Counted from the first letter of the stretch, positions 25,730 through 34,262 are shown. The stretch: 38,936 nucleotides of DNA from a virus (IMGVR_UViG_3300029288_007068), one strand, 5' to 3'. Translations and numbers: made by a program. Notes: generated by a model from the letters alone, not told the origin.

Positions 25730-28126
25730 CTAAAGAATACGAGGAATCTTTATGTTTGATTTACTTGGTTTTCTCCAAACAACCACCTTAAATGGTTTGA
25801 ACTTTGAACGTGGTTTACGTTCTGTTTCTTCTGTTGACGCAAGAGTTGGGATTTTAAATGTTCTCTCTGTGTAAAGTTTTCTTGGAGGATATCTGCCCCC
25901 ACCACCAGAGCCGAAAGCATATCCACCACCTTCACCACCGGCGCCAAATGGAAATAGCGGTTTAACATTATAACTACCGTAACCCCTCTGAACTGGTCTA
26001 CCTGTTACTACACCGGCAATAACAGATGGTGTCACAAGTTTTTCAGTTTGTTTTTGTTTCTGTACTCTCTCTTGGAAAACGATTTGGTCATATCTGCTTT
26101 TCACAAGTTGTCGTTGATATAAATCTTGTGTTTCTTTGGGAAGTTGTTTTTCTACTTCTTTTGGTTGTGTTCTTCTTTCATCACCACGCCGAACGTAACG
26201 AATACTGGTTAAGCCTTCGTCAAAACCAGGACTAACATCTCCTTCTTCAATGGGAGTATAGACTGGTTGTGGAGGTATTTCTGAACGATAAGGTTCTTCA
26301 GCTGATTCCGGCTTTTGCTCTAAAACTGTCACCTGACTTGGAACTTCGTAAGAAGGTTGATAATAACCAACTCCTCCTCTACCAACCGCGTATGTACCGG
26401 CGGCTCCAAGAACCGTTGGCAACCTACTGAGCGGAAGAATTGTTTGTGTTTCTGCTGTCACTCCCCCCACTACCTTACCACCAGTTGAAACTAATTTAGT
26501 TATTGTTTTGGGTGCTCTGAGCAGGGTTGCTGATGCTTCTTTGCCGGTTCTCGTTATCTGCCTTGCAATCCACGGAATTCCACCACCCTTCTGGTGCGGA
26601 ATAACTGTTTGATACAACCAATTGACTTTTGGATGCCACAGTGCACGTTCACTCTCAAGTAATGGTTTTATGTATTTTTGTGCCTGTATGTTATACAAAG
26701 AGCCTTTTGTCCCTTTTAACCCAGATTCAACAAAAGTACCACCACCGCGAGCTGTTGCTTTGAAGACATCATAAGTCCTTCTTATCCCACCACGAAGACC
26801 AGTCTTATACATTGTCCTTTCAGCCATAACAGTTGCTTCTTTCGTAGCTGGGCGCATGATGGTAGTTATCTCTGCAGATGGCTTTAGTAACTTTGTTGAT
26901 ATGCGCTTTGGCACAAACTCTCTTATTGCGAAGCCATGCCACTTAGTTGGAACTTGCTTGAATGTCCTACTGATATCTGTCAACGTTGTAGCACCACGTA
27001 CTACTTTACTCGACGCAGAACCAACAAGCTTTTCCGTTCCTTTGGTGGCGGGCACATAACCTTTACTAAAAAGCCTAATATTTTTACCAATAGTTGTTTC
27101 GCCAAATCTTCCTATTTTTGATGTTATTGATGGACCTACTTTCTTTACTACAGCTGGCGCTATTCTGCCATAAGTACCGAGTGCACGGGGAATAACAACT
27201 CTCGCACCAGCAACCGCCGCCTTTGAAGCTGCTTTGATTACTTCTCCACCAACTACGAACTGAGCAACTTCTCCACCAACCCCACCAGCTGTAAACGCTG
27301 GGTGTTCTCCCAAAAATTTAGTTGTTCCTTTCGGAGACCAACCAACAGGCTCAAGAGCAACATCTAACGTACTTGGATAATGAATTCCATATTTTCCTGC
27401 TTCTATTCCTCCAACAATACCTCTAACAGATTCAGTTCTATCAAACGGACTTACTCCTTGAGACATTGCGATTGACGCACCAACATCATATTCTTTACGA
27501 AATCCAAGAACATCAGCAACAGGTGCACCTAAACTTAGTCCACTCGAAACGAGTCCCTGACCAAACTGAGCAACTTCTCTAATAACAGGTGGAAGCTTAC
27601 TTGTCCTTCCAACTTGATACTTCGCCCATTCCAATCTTTTCTCCTCTGGAACTGTAAACTGGTATCCCTGTACTGGCGCGGGTGGACCCATTTGACCGGG
27701 TGGAAGCTCTCCCGCCATTGTTACTTCTTCAATTCCAAGTCCCTCTCTTTCGTATTGCCTTACTTGTCTCTCACTTGCCGCAAGACTACCCAAAGCTTGC
27801 ATTTTCTGTTGTGGTGTTAAATCACTCCTAATTACCGATATTCTCGCTTTGTTTATATCTGTATATACAGTTGAATATGATGGTTTGGAAGGAGCCGGTG
27901 GACCGGTAGTGGGAATCGGAGTTGGCTGAACTCCAGCATCGTAACCAGGACCACTTTTCCAATCCGGTAGTACTGATGGCGAAGGTTGTGGCGGAGCCGG
28001 TTGAACAATCGCACCCTGTTGCTCAAGCTGATGTTGCAACTGGTGAGAGTAAGTTTTCGTTGTTGTCTTCGGAGCCGGTGGCGGGACATAAGGTTTAACA
28101 ACTTTACTAACAATGATTTCGACCAT
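25730..28126 (-). CDS. Hypothetical 798-aa Pro/Gly/Thr-rich basic protein, first gene of structural operon
   Basis: Long ORF; low-complexity termini; central G/A/V-rich amphipathic stretch; no sequon enrichment, unlike neighbours. Confidence 0.85.
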   Translation of the reverse strand: MVEIIVSKVVKPYVPPPAPKTTTKTYSHQLQHQLEQQGAIVQPAPPQPSPSVLPDWKSGPGYDAGVQPTPIPTTGPPAPSKPSYSTVYTDINKARISVIRSDLTPQQKMQALGSLAASERQVRQYEREGLGIEEVTMAGELPPGQMGPPAPVQGYQFTVPEEKRLEWAKYQVGRTSKLPPVIREVAQFGQGLVSSGLSLGAPVADVLGFRKEYDVGASIAMSQGVSPFDRTESVRGIVGGIEAGKYGIHYPSTLDVALEPVGWSPKGTTKFLGEHPAFTAGGVGGEVAQFVVGGEVIKAASKAAVAGARVVIPRALGTYGRIAPAVVKKVGPSITSKIGRFGETTIGKNIRLFSKGYVPATKGTEKLVGSASSKVVRGATTLTDISRTFKQVPTKWHGFAIREFVPKRISTKLLKPSAEITTIMRPATKEATVMAERTMYKTGLRGGIRRTYDVFKATARGGGTFVESGLKGTKGSLYNIQAQKYIKPLLESERALWHPKVNWLYQTVIPHQKGGGIPWIARQITRTGKEASATLLRAPKTITKLVSTGGKVVGGVTAETQTILPLSRLPTVLGAAGTYAVGRGGVGYYQPSYEVPSQVTVLEQKPESAEEPYRSEIPPQPVYTPIEEGDVSPGFDEGLTSIRYVRRGDERRTQPKEVEKQLPKETQDLYQRQLVKSRYDQIVFQERVQKQKQTEKLVTPSVIAGVVTGRPVQRGYGSYNVKPLFPFGAGGEGGGYAFGSGGGGRYPPRKLYTERTFKIPTLASTEETERKPRSKFKPFKVVVWRKPSKSNIKIPRIL

Positions 28127-28689
28127 AATTCACCTCGCGGGAAGATAAACAAAAAAATAGAGTATACAGAATTTTATGTTTGTTTTTGGGTGCATCCAAA
28201 ATATCAACCTTCCCAAATATACTTAATAAGCAGTCCCATATTAATAATTTTAGTTATTTTTCAAACCGGTGGGTAGTTTCAAAAGCATTATATAATATTG
28301 AAATACGCCATAGAATATCGATGGATACAGAATACGGAAAGTTGAAAAGTTTAGCAAGTGTATATGTAAGAAGACTATGAATATACTTCATAACATACCA
28401 ATATTTATATATGGATTTGGATGAACGTCGGTCTTTATTGTAGGAGGTGATTTAATGGAATACGGAATATCGAGATGTTACAAACTTACTAACGTTGTAT
28501 CAATCCAGCGTATTTTGGTGGGGGGTATATATTTTTATTAATTCTTTTTATGATATGACAAAAAGACCATCAATCAAAATTAGAAATGGATTTTTCTGCT
28601 TGCTCCATAATTTCCCAAAAACTATAAATACTTGGTTTCATATAATGAGAATATAATAAATATTATATTTGATTGGATGGAATAGTTAA

Positions 28690-28821
28690 ATGAAGGTAAT
28701 TTTCGTAAACGAAAACACACACATACAAATTCACCAACTTAAAGCATCTCTTCAGGCTAAAAATGTTGACGAAGTCATTCAATATTTACTATTTAGAGAT
28801 AAAAAGGAGAAAGAACGATGA
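28690..28821 (+). CDS. Ribbon-helix-helix-like transcription regulator (43 aa), not in ORF track
   Basis: MKVIFVNENTHIQIHQLKASLQAKNVDEVIQYLLFRDKKEKER*; beta-strand + helix + xxDEVIxxLL helix pattern; ATGA overlap with the ATPase start. Confidence 0.7.
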   Translation: MKVIFVNENTHIQIHQLKASLQAKNVDEVIQYLLFRDKKEKER

Positions 28822-29807
28822 GTGAAATAATCGCAGAACCAACCAAACCCATCCTTCCCTCCAAACAAGAAAATAAAGGGAAAGAAATTTTAGCGCGGGT
28901 TTACCTTCGTGACCCAAACGCCGGTGGCAGCTTTACAAGTATAACGGGTCAACCCGGTTGTGGAAAGACGTCCGTGATGCTTGGATTAACCAAGTATATT
29001 TTAAAACATAATAAAGATGAATTAGTATATTGGAGTTCATCATATGGAAGTCCATTGCAGTTCTTTCCTTTGGGCGCCGGGAATTATCACATATTATGTA
29101 AGCGTGGAATGGACATTAAGTTTTGGGATAGAGTTAATAATTGCTATGTAGATTTACCACATGAAGAGTTTACTGATTTTGAAGAGTTGTATCAAAAATC
29201 GATAAAAGGCAAACTGAATTGTGTTTTCTTTGGCGATAGATTGCTATGGATGGATTTTTTAGAATTTTTAATGAGTAAACATGGATGGCATTCAGTATTC
29301 ATTGATGAGATAAGTGAGATATGTCCAGCATTTACTGCGGGTAAGATATTCAAAAAGATTGGTTGGTTTGCAAACCATGTATTGGGACAAACAAGAAAAT
29401 GTTGGTTAACAGTAGTTACTAATACACAGAGCACTGGAGACACAGACCATCGAATACGTAAAAAATTAAACATACGCATTCTGATGGAAGGCTCTAAAGC
29501 TTCAAAGGATACAAGAGTTTTCCAAAAAGCGATTGATAATTTAAAAGTTGACCATCTTCACGGTTCATATGCTTATGTTACTACAGCTGGAGTATTTGGA
29601 GTAGTAAGATTTACAGATGTATTTACTCCAATACCTAACTTTAGCGTAGAAGCAAGAACAAGTTTTAGGAGTGATATCTTTGGAATCAACAGTCCAGAAC
29701 AAAAGCCAGGAAAGATTGACGCAGGAAGACGTTTTATTGAGCCAGATACGATTGATGAATTTCGTGAATGGAAAAATAAACGGGATTCCCTATCTGACGT
29801 CACCTGA
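28818..29807 (+). CDS. P-loop ATPase of FtsK/HerA-A32 type (putative genome packaging/extrusion ATPase)
   Basis: Walker A GQPGCGKT, Walker B VFIDE, TNTQ sensor, downstream RIR (Arg finger-like). Confidence 0.75.
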   Translation: MSEIIAEPTKPILPSKQENKGKEILARVYLRDPNAGGSFTSITGQPGCGKTSVMLGLTKYILKHNKDELVYWSSSYGSPLQFFPLGAGNYHILCKRGMDIKFWDRVNNCYVDLPHEEFTDFEELYQKSIKGKLNCVFFGDRLLWMDFLEFLMSKHGWHSVFIDEISEICPAFTAGKIFKKIGWFANHVLGQTRKCWLTVVTNTQSTGDTDHRIRKKLNIRILMEGSKASKDTRVFQKAIDNLKVDHLHGSYAYVTTAGVFGVVRFTDVFTPIPNFSVEARTSFRSDIFGINSPEQKPGKIDAGRRFIEPDTIDEFREWKNKRDSLSDVT

Positions 29808-30150
29808 AGAAAAAGCAGAATTTTATAAATTGCTTTCTTACGCATTAATGTCCCAAGGTCCTATGAGTCCAGCGGTTTACTTGGGAGTAGATGGTGGCAG
29901 AATACGATTAGCCAACAATCTACATACTCTCGGAATTAAATTAATGGGTATTAAAACTTACACAGTAGTTATCATAGACTGTAAAAAAGAGTATAAATTC
30001 AACTCAGCATATCTATGGAAAGTTTTTTTGGCAAAAGTTGTTGACTTGTTCCCAAACGCCCAAGCAGAAGCACTATCCAAGTCAAAAGAAATTCCAAAAA
30101 GAGATATTAGAAGTATAGGATTTGATTTCTCAGCTGACGAAAAACCATAA
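29755..30150 (+). CDS. Hypothetical protein (~131 aa)
   Basis: Likely ATG at 29755 (MNFVNGKING...), overlapping the ATPase 3' end; the track's longer start is not an ATG. Confidence 0.6.
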   Translation: MNFVNGKINGIPYLTSPEEKAEFYKLLSYALMSQGPMSPAVYLGVDGGRIRLANNLHTLGIKLMGIKTYTVVIIDCKKEYKFNSAYLWKVFLAKVVDLFPNAQAEALSKSKEIPKRDIRSIGFDFSADEKP

Positions 30151-30257
30151 ATTACAACTGCTGGGACATTGTTTCCATTACTTTTGCAATTCTATCCAAA
30201 TCCGATTCAATTCGTTCAAGGATTTGTACAACTTCTTCATCCATACTTTTTCACCTC

Positions 30258-30473
30258 CTACTTTAGAAAGTATTTGTATCCACCCAAAAACAAGAACGAT
30301 ATGAATACTATCCCAAACGCCAAAACGATTACGTCCATAAGGGAGAAAACATTATTCCAGGCTAAGAACACAAACAGGCAAAACAGAAAAGCCATCTGAA
30401 TCTGGAACTTTCTTTTTCTTTTTATGGAGATAACATAGTTTTTAAGTCGGATTTGGAAGTCATTGATGTTCAT
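30258..30473 (-). CDS. Small two-TM protein (71 aa)
   Basis: Hydrophobic C-terminal half; ATGA overlap with the upstream gene. Confidence 0.7.
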   Translation of the reverse strand: MNINDFQIRLKNYVISIKRKRKFQIQMAFLFCLFVFLAWNNVFSLMDVIVLAFGIVFISFLFLGGYKYFLK

Positions 30474-31255
30474 TTGCGCTTCCTCTTTAAAAGCGCTGTC
30501 GGGTCTTTAACGTAAGCATCCACCCGCTTGTTGAGTTGTTGAAGGGCGTTGGTAGTATAATTAGTTTCGATGTCATCGATTACGGCTTCGATAATGAATG
30601 ATGGGAGGGTGAGTTGCCCCAAGTAGGCATCCACTTCCGACGAAGAGTCTTTCTGAGTTGATTGCTTAACTTTAACATATTCCGCCTTAATCCTTCTATA
30701 TTCATCTACATTATCTTTATGAACTACACACTCAAGTTCTTCGTCTATGGCGTATTCAGTTACTGGGTATTGTTCTCGGGCGCCTTCCTTACCTCGAAGC
30801 GTATATGGAACATGAACATCAATTGAAAGTTGTCGCAGTTGAAGTTCTATTTGTTTTAGTAGTTGTTGTTGTTGCTCTTTAAAGGACTCATCTGGTGGCT
30901 GGTTTAGGGCGTTTACATGCGCCCAAACATCCAAATAAGAATTTAAGTTTGAAAGGGTAAGCGCTTGCTCTTCTGGGATTTTGTATTTTCTGGCGTAGAC
31001 CGAAAGTTTATTCTGGGCGCAGAACGTTTTAATATCTTGGACTATAGAAAGGCGTTTGGTTAAAAGGGTTTGTTTCTTGCGCTCATGGTATTCAGTAGAA
31101 TCTGGCGCTTCGTCGACAAAGCGAAACTGACCAACTATATGGCGTCCTATATCTAATTCGTTAGTATACGCAGAGAGGTTGAAGCCTCTGCTCTTACCTT
31201 TATTCCCAATATCGCGGACTATTCCATCAAATTCAATCCACTTTTCTTCTGACAT
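30470..31255 (-). CDS. Hypothetical protein (261 aa)
   Basis: Long ORF with its own TATA (TTTAAATA) upstream. The N-terminus VRDIGNKGKSRGFNL is weakly AbrB-like. Confidence 0.8.
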   Translation of the reverse strand: MSEEKWIEFDGIVRDIGNKGKSRGFNLSAYTNELDIGRHIVGQFRFVDEAPDSTEYHERKKQTLLTKRLSIVQDIKTFCAQNKLSVYARKYKIPEEQALTLSNLNSYLDVWAHVNALNQPPDESFKEQQQQLLKQIELQLRQLSIDVHVPYTLRGKEGAREQYPVTEYAIDEELECVVHKDNVDEYRRIKAEYVKVKQSTQKDSSSEVDAYLGQLTLPSFIIEAVIDDIETNYTTNALQQLNKRVDAYVKDPTALLKRKRK

Positions 31256-31279
31256 AATATGTAACTACCTATTATAATA

Positions 31280-31295
31280 TATTATTGGATAATAT
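31280..31295. promoter_or_regulatory. Palindromic operator-like site TATTAT-TGG-ATAATA (copy 2)
   Basis: Identical to 6812-6827; lies between the TATA box and ATG 31255. Confidence 0.45.
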
Positions 31296-31374
31296 GTATA
31301 ATCATATTATGGAGATGATGGTATTTAAATTTTTAGAAAAGATTAATAGTAGTGATTAATGGGAAAAAACTAAT

Positions 31375-31731
31375 TCAGACCACGTTGGTGATTTCAAATA
31401 CCTTTTTGTTGTGTAACTCATTCTTTGGACAAATGTATGCGTTCCACTTCTGGTTAAGTTCTACGTTCTTCTGGCAAACCGGACATATAATACTTTTTAT
31501 GATATATGTTGACCCGGTTTGGTCTACCGTAACCGCAGATGTTATTTTGGCTTTTTCTTCTGTATTCACAATGTCCGTCACTGTAACCCTAATGTCTTTA
31601 GAGGTGCACCGGTCGTATGGAATATCCAAATTTCTAAAGGTTGGACGTTGTTTCTCTTGTTTTGCTTTCTTTTGGGCTTTTCTCATTGCAATAACTTGCA
31701 ACTTAAATGCTTCCGTAAGTCTTTTTCCCAT
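31375..31731 (-). CDS. Basic protein with C-terminal zinc-ribbon (118 aa)
   Basis: CPVC...CPKNELH motif. Confidence 0.7.
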   Translation of the reverse strand: MGKRLTEAFKLQVIAMRKAQKKAKQEKQRPTFRNLDIPYDRCTSKDIRVTVTDIVNTEEKAKITSAVTVDQTGSTYIIKSIICPVCQKNVELNQKWNAYICPKNELHNKKVFEITNVV

Positions 31732-31794
31732 CTTTCACCACAAATGACTAATGGCGTCGGTCATATTTAAAGATTTGGAAATGTTTAATAGTTG

Positions 31795-32787
31795 TTAAGT
31801 CCACTCGTTATCTGCTGAATCTAAGAAGATTGTAATGTTTTGCTTTGGTTTTGGTTCTTCCTTTAAATCAGCTCCAGCGTAACAAAATTCACTTTCTTTC
31901 TCTTTTACTTTTTTAACTTCTTTTTTCTTTTCTTTAAACTCTGGTTTAGTATTGATGCAATCTAAATGTGCTTTTATGTTATTCGCAAATATGGGGTCAA
32001 GAGGTTTATTTTTATTTCTAAAAAATTCTACATTCCATATTTCATCAAACTTACAAAGCTCTTCCATGAGTCGATAACTTTTTAAATCTACTTGTTCGAT
32101 TGACCTAAAAGCGGTTACCAAAAGTAAATAAGTAAAATCCTCTTTTAACTCCCTCTGTACAAAGAGCTTTAAATTATATGATAAATAATTCATGGGCGAA
32201 ATTTTCTCAATAGGACGCCCTATCAAAAGCCCTTGTAAGGCTGTTCTAACTGAGTTGCTATTATATGCAATCTCATGGATACAATCACATGGAATATTCT
32301 TTTCCTGTAAAATCATTTCAATATCAGAAGTCATAGGTTTTCGAATCTTAACATTTAAACCATTTTTCATAAACTCCTTATCTACATCATCGAGTTTATC
32401 AAAAATATAAATAATGGGATAATTAGAAGTTTTCCATAAGGTATACAATATAGGTCTAATTCTATTCTTTCTGTCTCTGATATCTTGTGCATCATCAAAT
32501 AAAACTATCTTACCACGATTACTATTTATTGATTGGAGATTAATAGACTTCTCCAAATCATTAACATCATCAAAATCGTCAGCTGTAAACCTTAGCAAAT
32601 CAACATCATACGCTTTCGCAAGACATTCCACAAGGAAAGTTTTTCCATTACCACTGGTTCCATGAATGATAGCATATGGTGGACTTCCAGCGCCATTAGT
32701 AAAAAAGTTATCGAGCCACTCATCCAACTGAGCTATCTGCTCTGGAGTCTTTCCATTTCTATTCTTGTAAATACTTGGGAGCGTCAT
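31795..32787 (-). CDS. AAA+ ATPase resembling replication factor C large subunit (clamp loader-like)
   Basis: IIHGTSGNGKTFLVECLAK (Walker A), IVLFDDAQ (Walker B), YPIIYI; acidic/basic C-terminal tail as in RFC-L. Confidence 0.7.
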   Translation of the reverse strand: MTLPSIYKNRNGKTPEQIAQLDEWLDNFFTNGAGSPPYAIIHGTSGNGKTFLVECLAKAYDVDLLRFTADDFDDVNDLEKSINLQSINSNRGKIVLFDDAQDIRDRKNRIRPILYTLWKTSNYPIIYIFDKLDDVDKEFMKNGLNVKIRKPMTSDIEMILQEKNIPCDCIHEIAYNSNSVRTALQGLLIGRPIEKISPMNYLSYNLKLFVQRELKEDFTYLLLVTAFRSIEQVDLKSYRLMEELCKFDEIWNVEFFRNKNKPLDPIFANNIKAHLDCINTKPEFKEKKKEVKKVKEKESEFCYAGADLKEEPKPKQNITIFLDSADNEWT

Positions 32788-32974
32788 CTAATACCCTTTC
32801 TCTTTTTTCTAATTCTTCAATAACCTTTTTAACAATTAAATCCACTTCTTCACTCCTTTTTTTAAGGAAGGTTTTTCCGGCAAAATGAACGCCCAACGTA
32901 ATTCCAATACCAGTAAAAAAAGCATTTACTACTAAAGTTAATCCTATAACTAAATATCCTTGAAAATCTATCAT
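32759..32974 (-). CDS. Small membrane protein (71 aa)
   Basis: One long hydrophobic segment followed by a charged helix; GGAG RBS. Confidence 0.7.
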   Translation of the reverse strand: MIDFQGYLVIGLTLVVNAFFTGIGITLGVHFAGKTFLKKRSEEVDLIVKKVIEELEKRERVLDDAPKYLQE

Positions 32975-33003
32975 TCTCGAAACTCCAATTACAACTTTTT
33001 AAA

Positions 33004-33347
33004 TAGCGTATTTTAGGTTAAAATATAATAGACTATCCTATAAGATGTTATACTATCCTAAATTATCCAAGGTTGTGAGTAGATTGGATGGTGGTCAGTA
33101 ATTGTTTGCACAACTACGATAACCCCACAGCTGTTTGACCAACTATAAGGCTTTTTATACGAGTTACGTCAGTTTATGCTATATTATGTCATTACAGCAT
33201 ATGCTATGCTATATTGTCCCAAATTATTTGAGAAGATAACATATTATTCGATATCCCCACCACTGTTTGACGAGTAGTGGAGCTGGATATCCTGTATTAT
33301 AACATTCTATAATATTACGTACTATGCTGTGTTGGGTTAGTTTATAG
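33004..33347 (-). ncRNA. Putative guide-like RNA array: three degenerate pentamer tracts with interspersed hairpins (VIPR-like)
   Basis: In-phase 5-nt units at 33004-33068 (13), 33165-33254 (18) and 33288-33347 (12). Plus-strand consensus is YAT-NN. A 23-nt element occurs twice (33117-33139, 33249-33271; 20/23 identical). Hairpins need G-U pairs, which works only on the minus strand. No ORF in the region. Confidence 0.7.
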
Positions 33348-33606
33348 AATGCAAATCCGAATCAAATACTACTTTTACTTCTCCTTGTTTTGTTATCAAC
33401 ACTAACTGGTAATGAATACCAACCTTTACAAGAACATTTCTCATACAGAGTTGATTATCTCCTAAATCTTGACCCTCCAACTTATACTCTACACAATGTA
33501 GTCGACCAGATGGCTCTATTCGCCATCGGTCTGGGTATCCATTCTTTTCCAACTGAATACCCAAACTGGCGAAATACTCATCAGCTATATCTTCACTTTC
33601 GGTCAT
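33337..33606 (-). CDS. Hypothetical protein (89 aa) between Cas7-like gene and repeat array
   Basis: ATGA-coupled to the upstream gene; its stop lies inside the first pentamer tract. Confidence 0.7.
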   Translation of the reverse strand: MTESEDIADEYFASLGIQLEKNGYPDRWRIEPSGRLHCVEYKLEGQDLGDNQLCMRNVLVKVGIHYQLVLITKQGEVKVVFDSDLHSIN

Positions 33607-34262
33607 GTATAACTTGATTTATCAATGATTATCTTTGTCATTCTTCGATTTAGAGTCTTCACCGTTGGTAACAACTGAACTATAGACTTAATCTGTCCTT
33701 CATATATCTCAGGATACTTAATAACTATAGTTGTTTTAATCTCTTTAACCGCATCATAATGCTTTCCTATAAAACCACCTCCAATTCCCTTTAGTGGTTG
33801 AGGGGATGTAGCAAAATAATAATTTCCATTATCACGCCAGTTCTTGTCTTCGCTTAAAATAATATATTCTGGTTCAACGTTAACCATTTGAATCATTCTA
33901 TCAACCGTTGATTTATATGGAAATAACGGGTGTTGAATATCCGCAAGATTTTTACCAATAGCTTTTATGGTTCCTCTAACCTTTCTTCCAAGAGGTAAAA
34001 TAGGTCTACCTTTTTCATCAACTTCAAATGTCGCAACGGGAACATTATCTTTTACCGTAACTATCTTATTCGTAAGTCTAACTGGTGGTTCTATTCCTGG
34101 CATCGTACTTTTAGTAATTGTTTGTTTTTCGGCCTTATTTATGGTTTGATGTTCTATCTCTTGGAACCTCTCAACACCATCTCCACCAAAAACATCTTTA
34201 AGAGTTACATTTAAAGTAACTGTTTTCATAGATATTGTTGGTATATCTTTTTCTTGTGTCAT
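33603..34262 (-). CDS. Divergent Cas7/RAMP-like viral protein (219 aa), candidate RNA-guided effector
   Basis: RRM-like layout: VTLNVTLKDVFGG; long insertion; TFEVDEKGRPILPLGRKVRGTIKAIGKNL; VNVEPEYIIL; beta-hairpin PQPLKGIGGGFIGKHYDAV; KTTIVIKY. This matches, from memory, the motif order of phage Cas7-like proteins. The canonical C-terminal G-rich loop is absent. Confidence 0.6.
   Translation of the reverse strand: MTQEKDIPTISMKTVTLNVTLKDVFGGDGVERFQEIEHQTINKAEKQTITKSTMPGIEPPVRLTNKIVTVKDNVPVATFEVDEKGRPILPLGRKVRGTIKAIGKNLADIQHPLFPYKSTVDRMIQMVNVEPEYIILSEDKNWRDNGNYYFATSPQPLKGIGGGFIGKHYDAVKEIKTTIVIKYPEIYEGQIKSIVQLLPTVKTLNRRMTKIIIDKSSYT

Noticed and set aside
33117-33271. 23-nt repeat as a CRISPR array
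   Set aside because: Only two imperfect copies, 109 nt apart, and the intervening sequence is itself periodic. No cas1/cas2 or typical CRISPR repeat features.
33004-33347. Region as a simple microsatellite or coding sequence
   Set aside because: Units vary systematically at two positions and tracts differ from each other. The minus-strand ATG-started frames I followed close within a few codons, and the ORF track shows no ORF here. An iteron-type origin is not fully excluded but does not explain the strand-specific hairpins.
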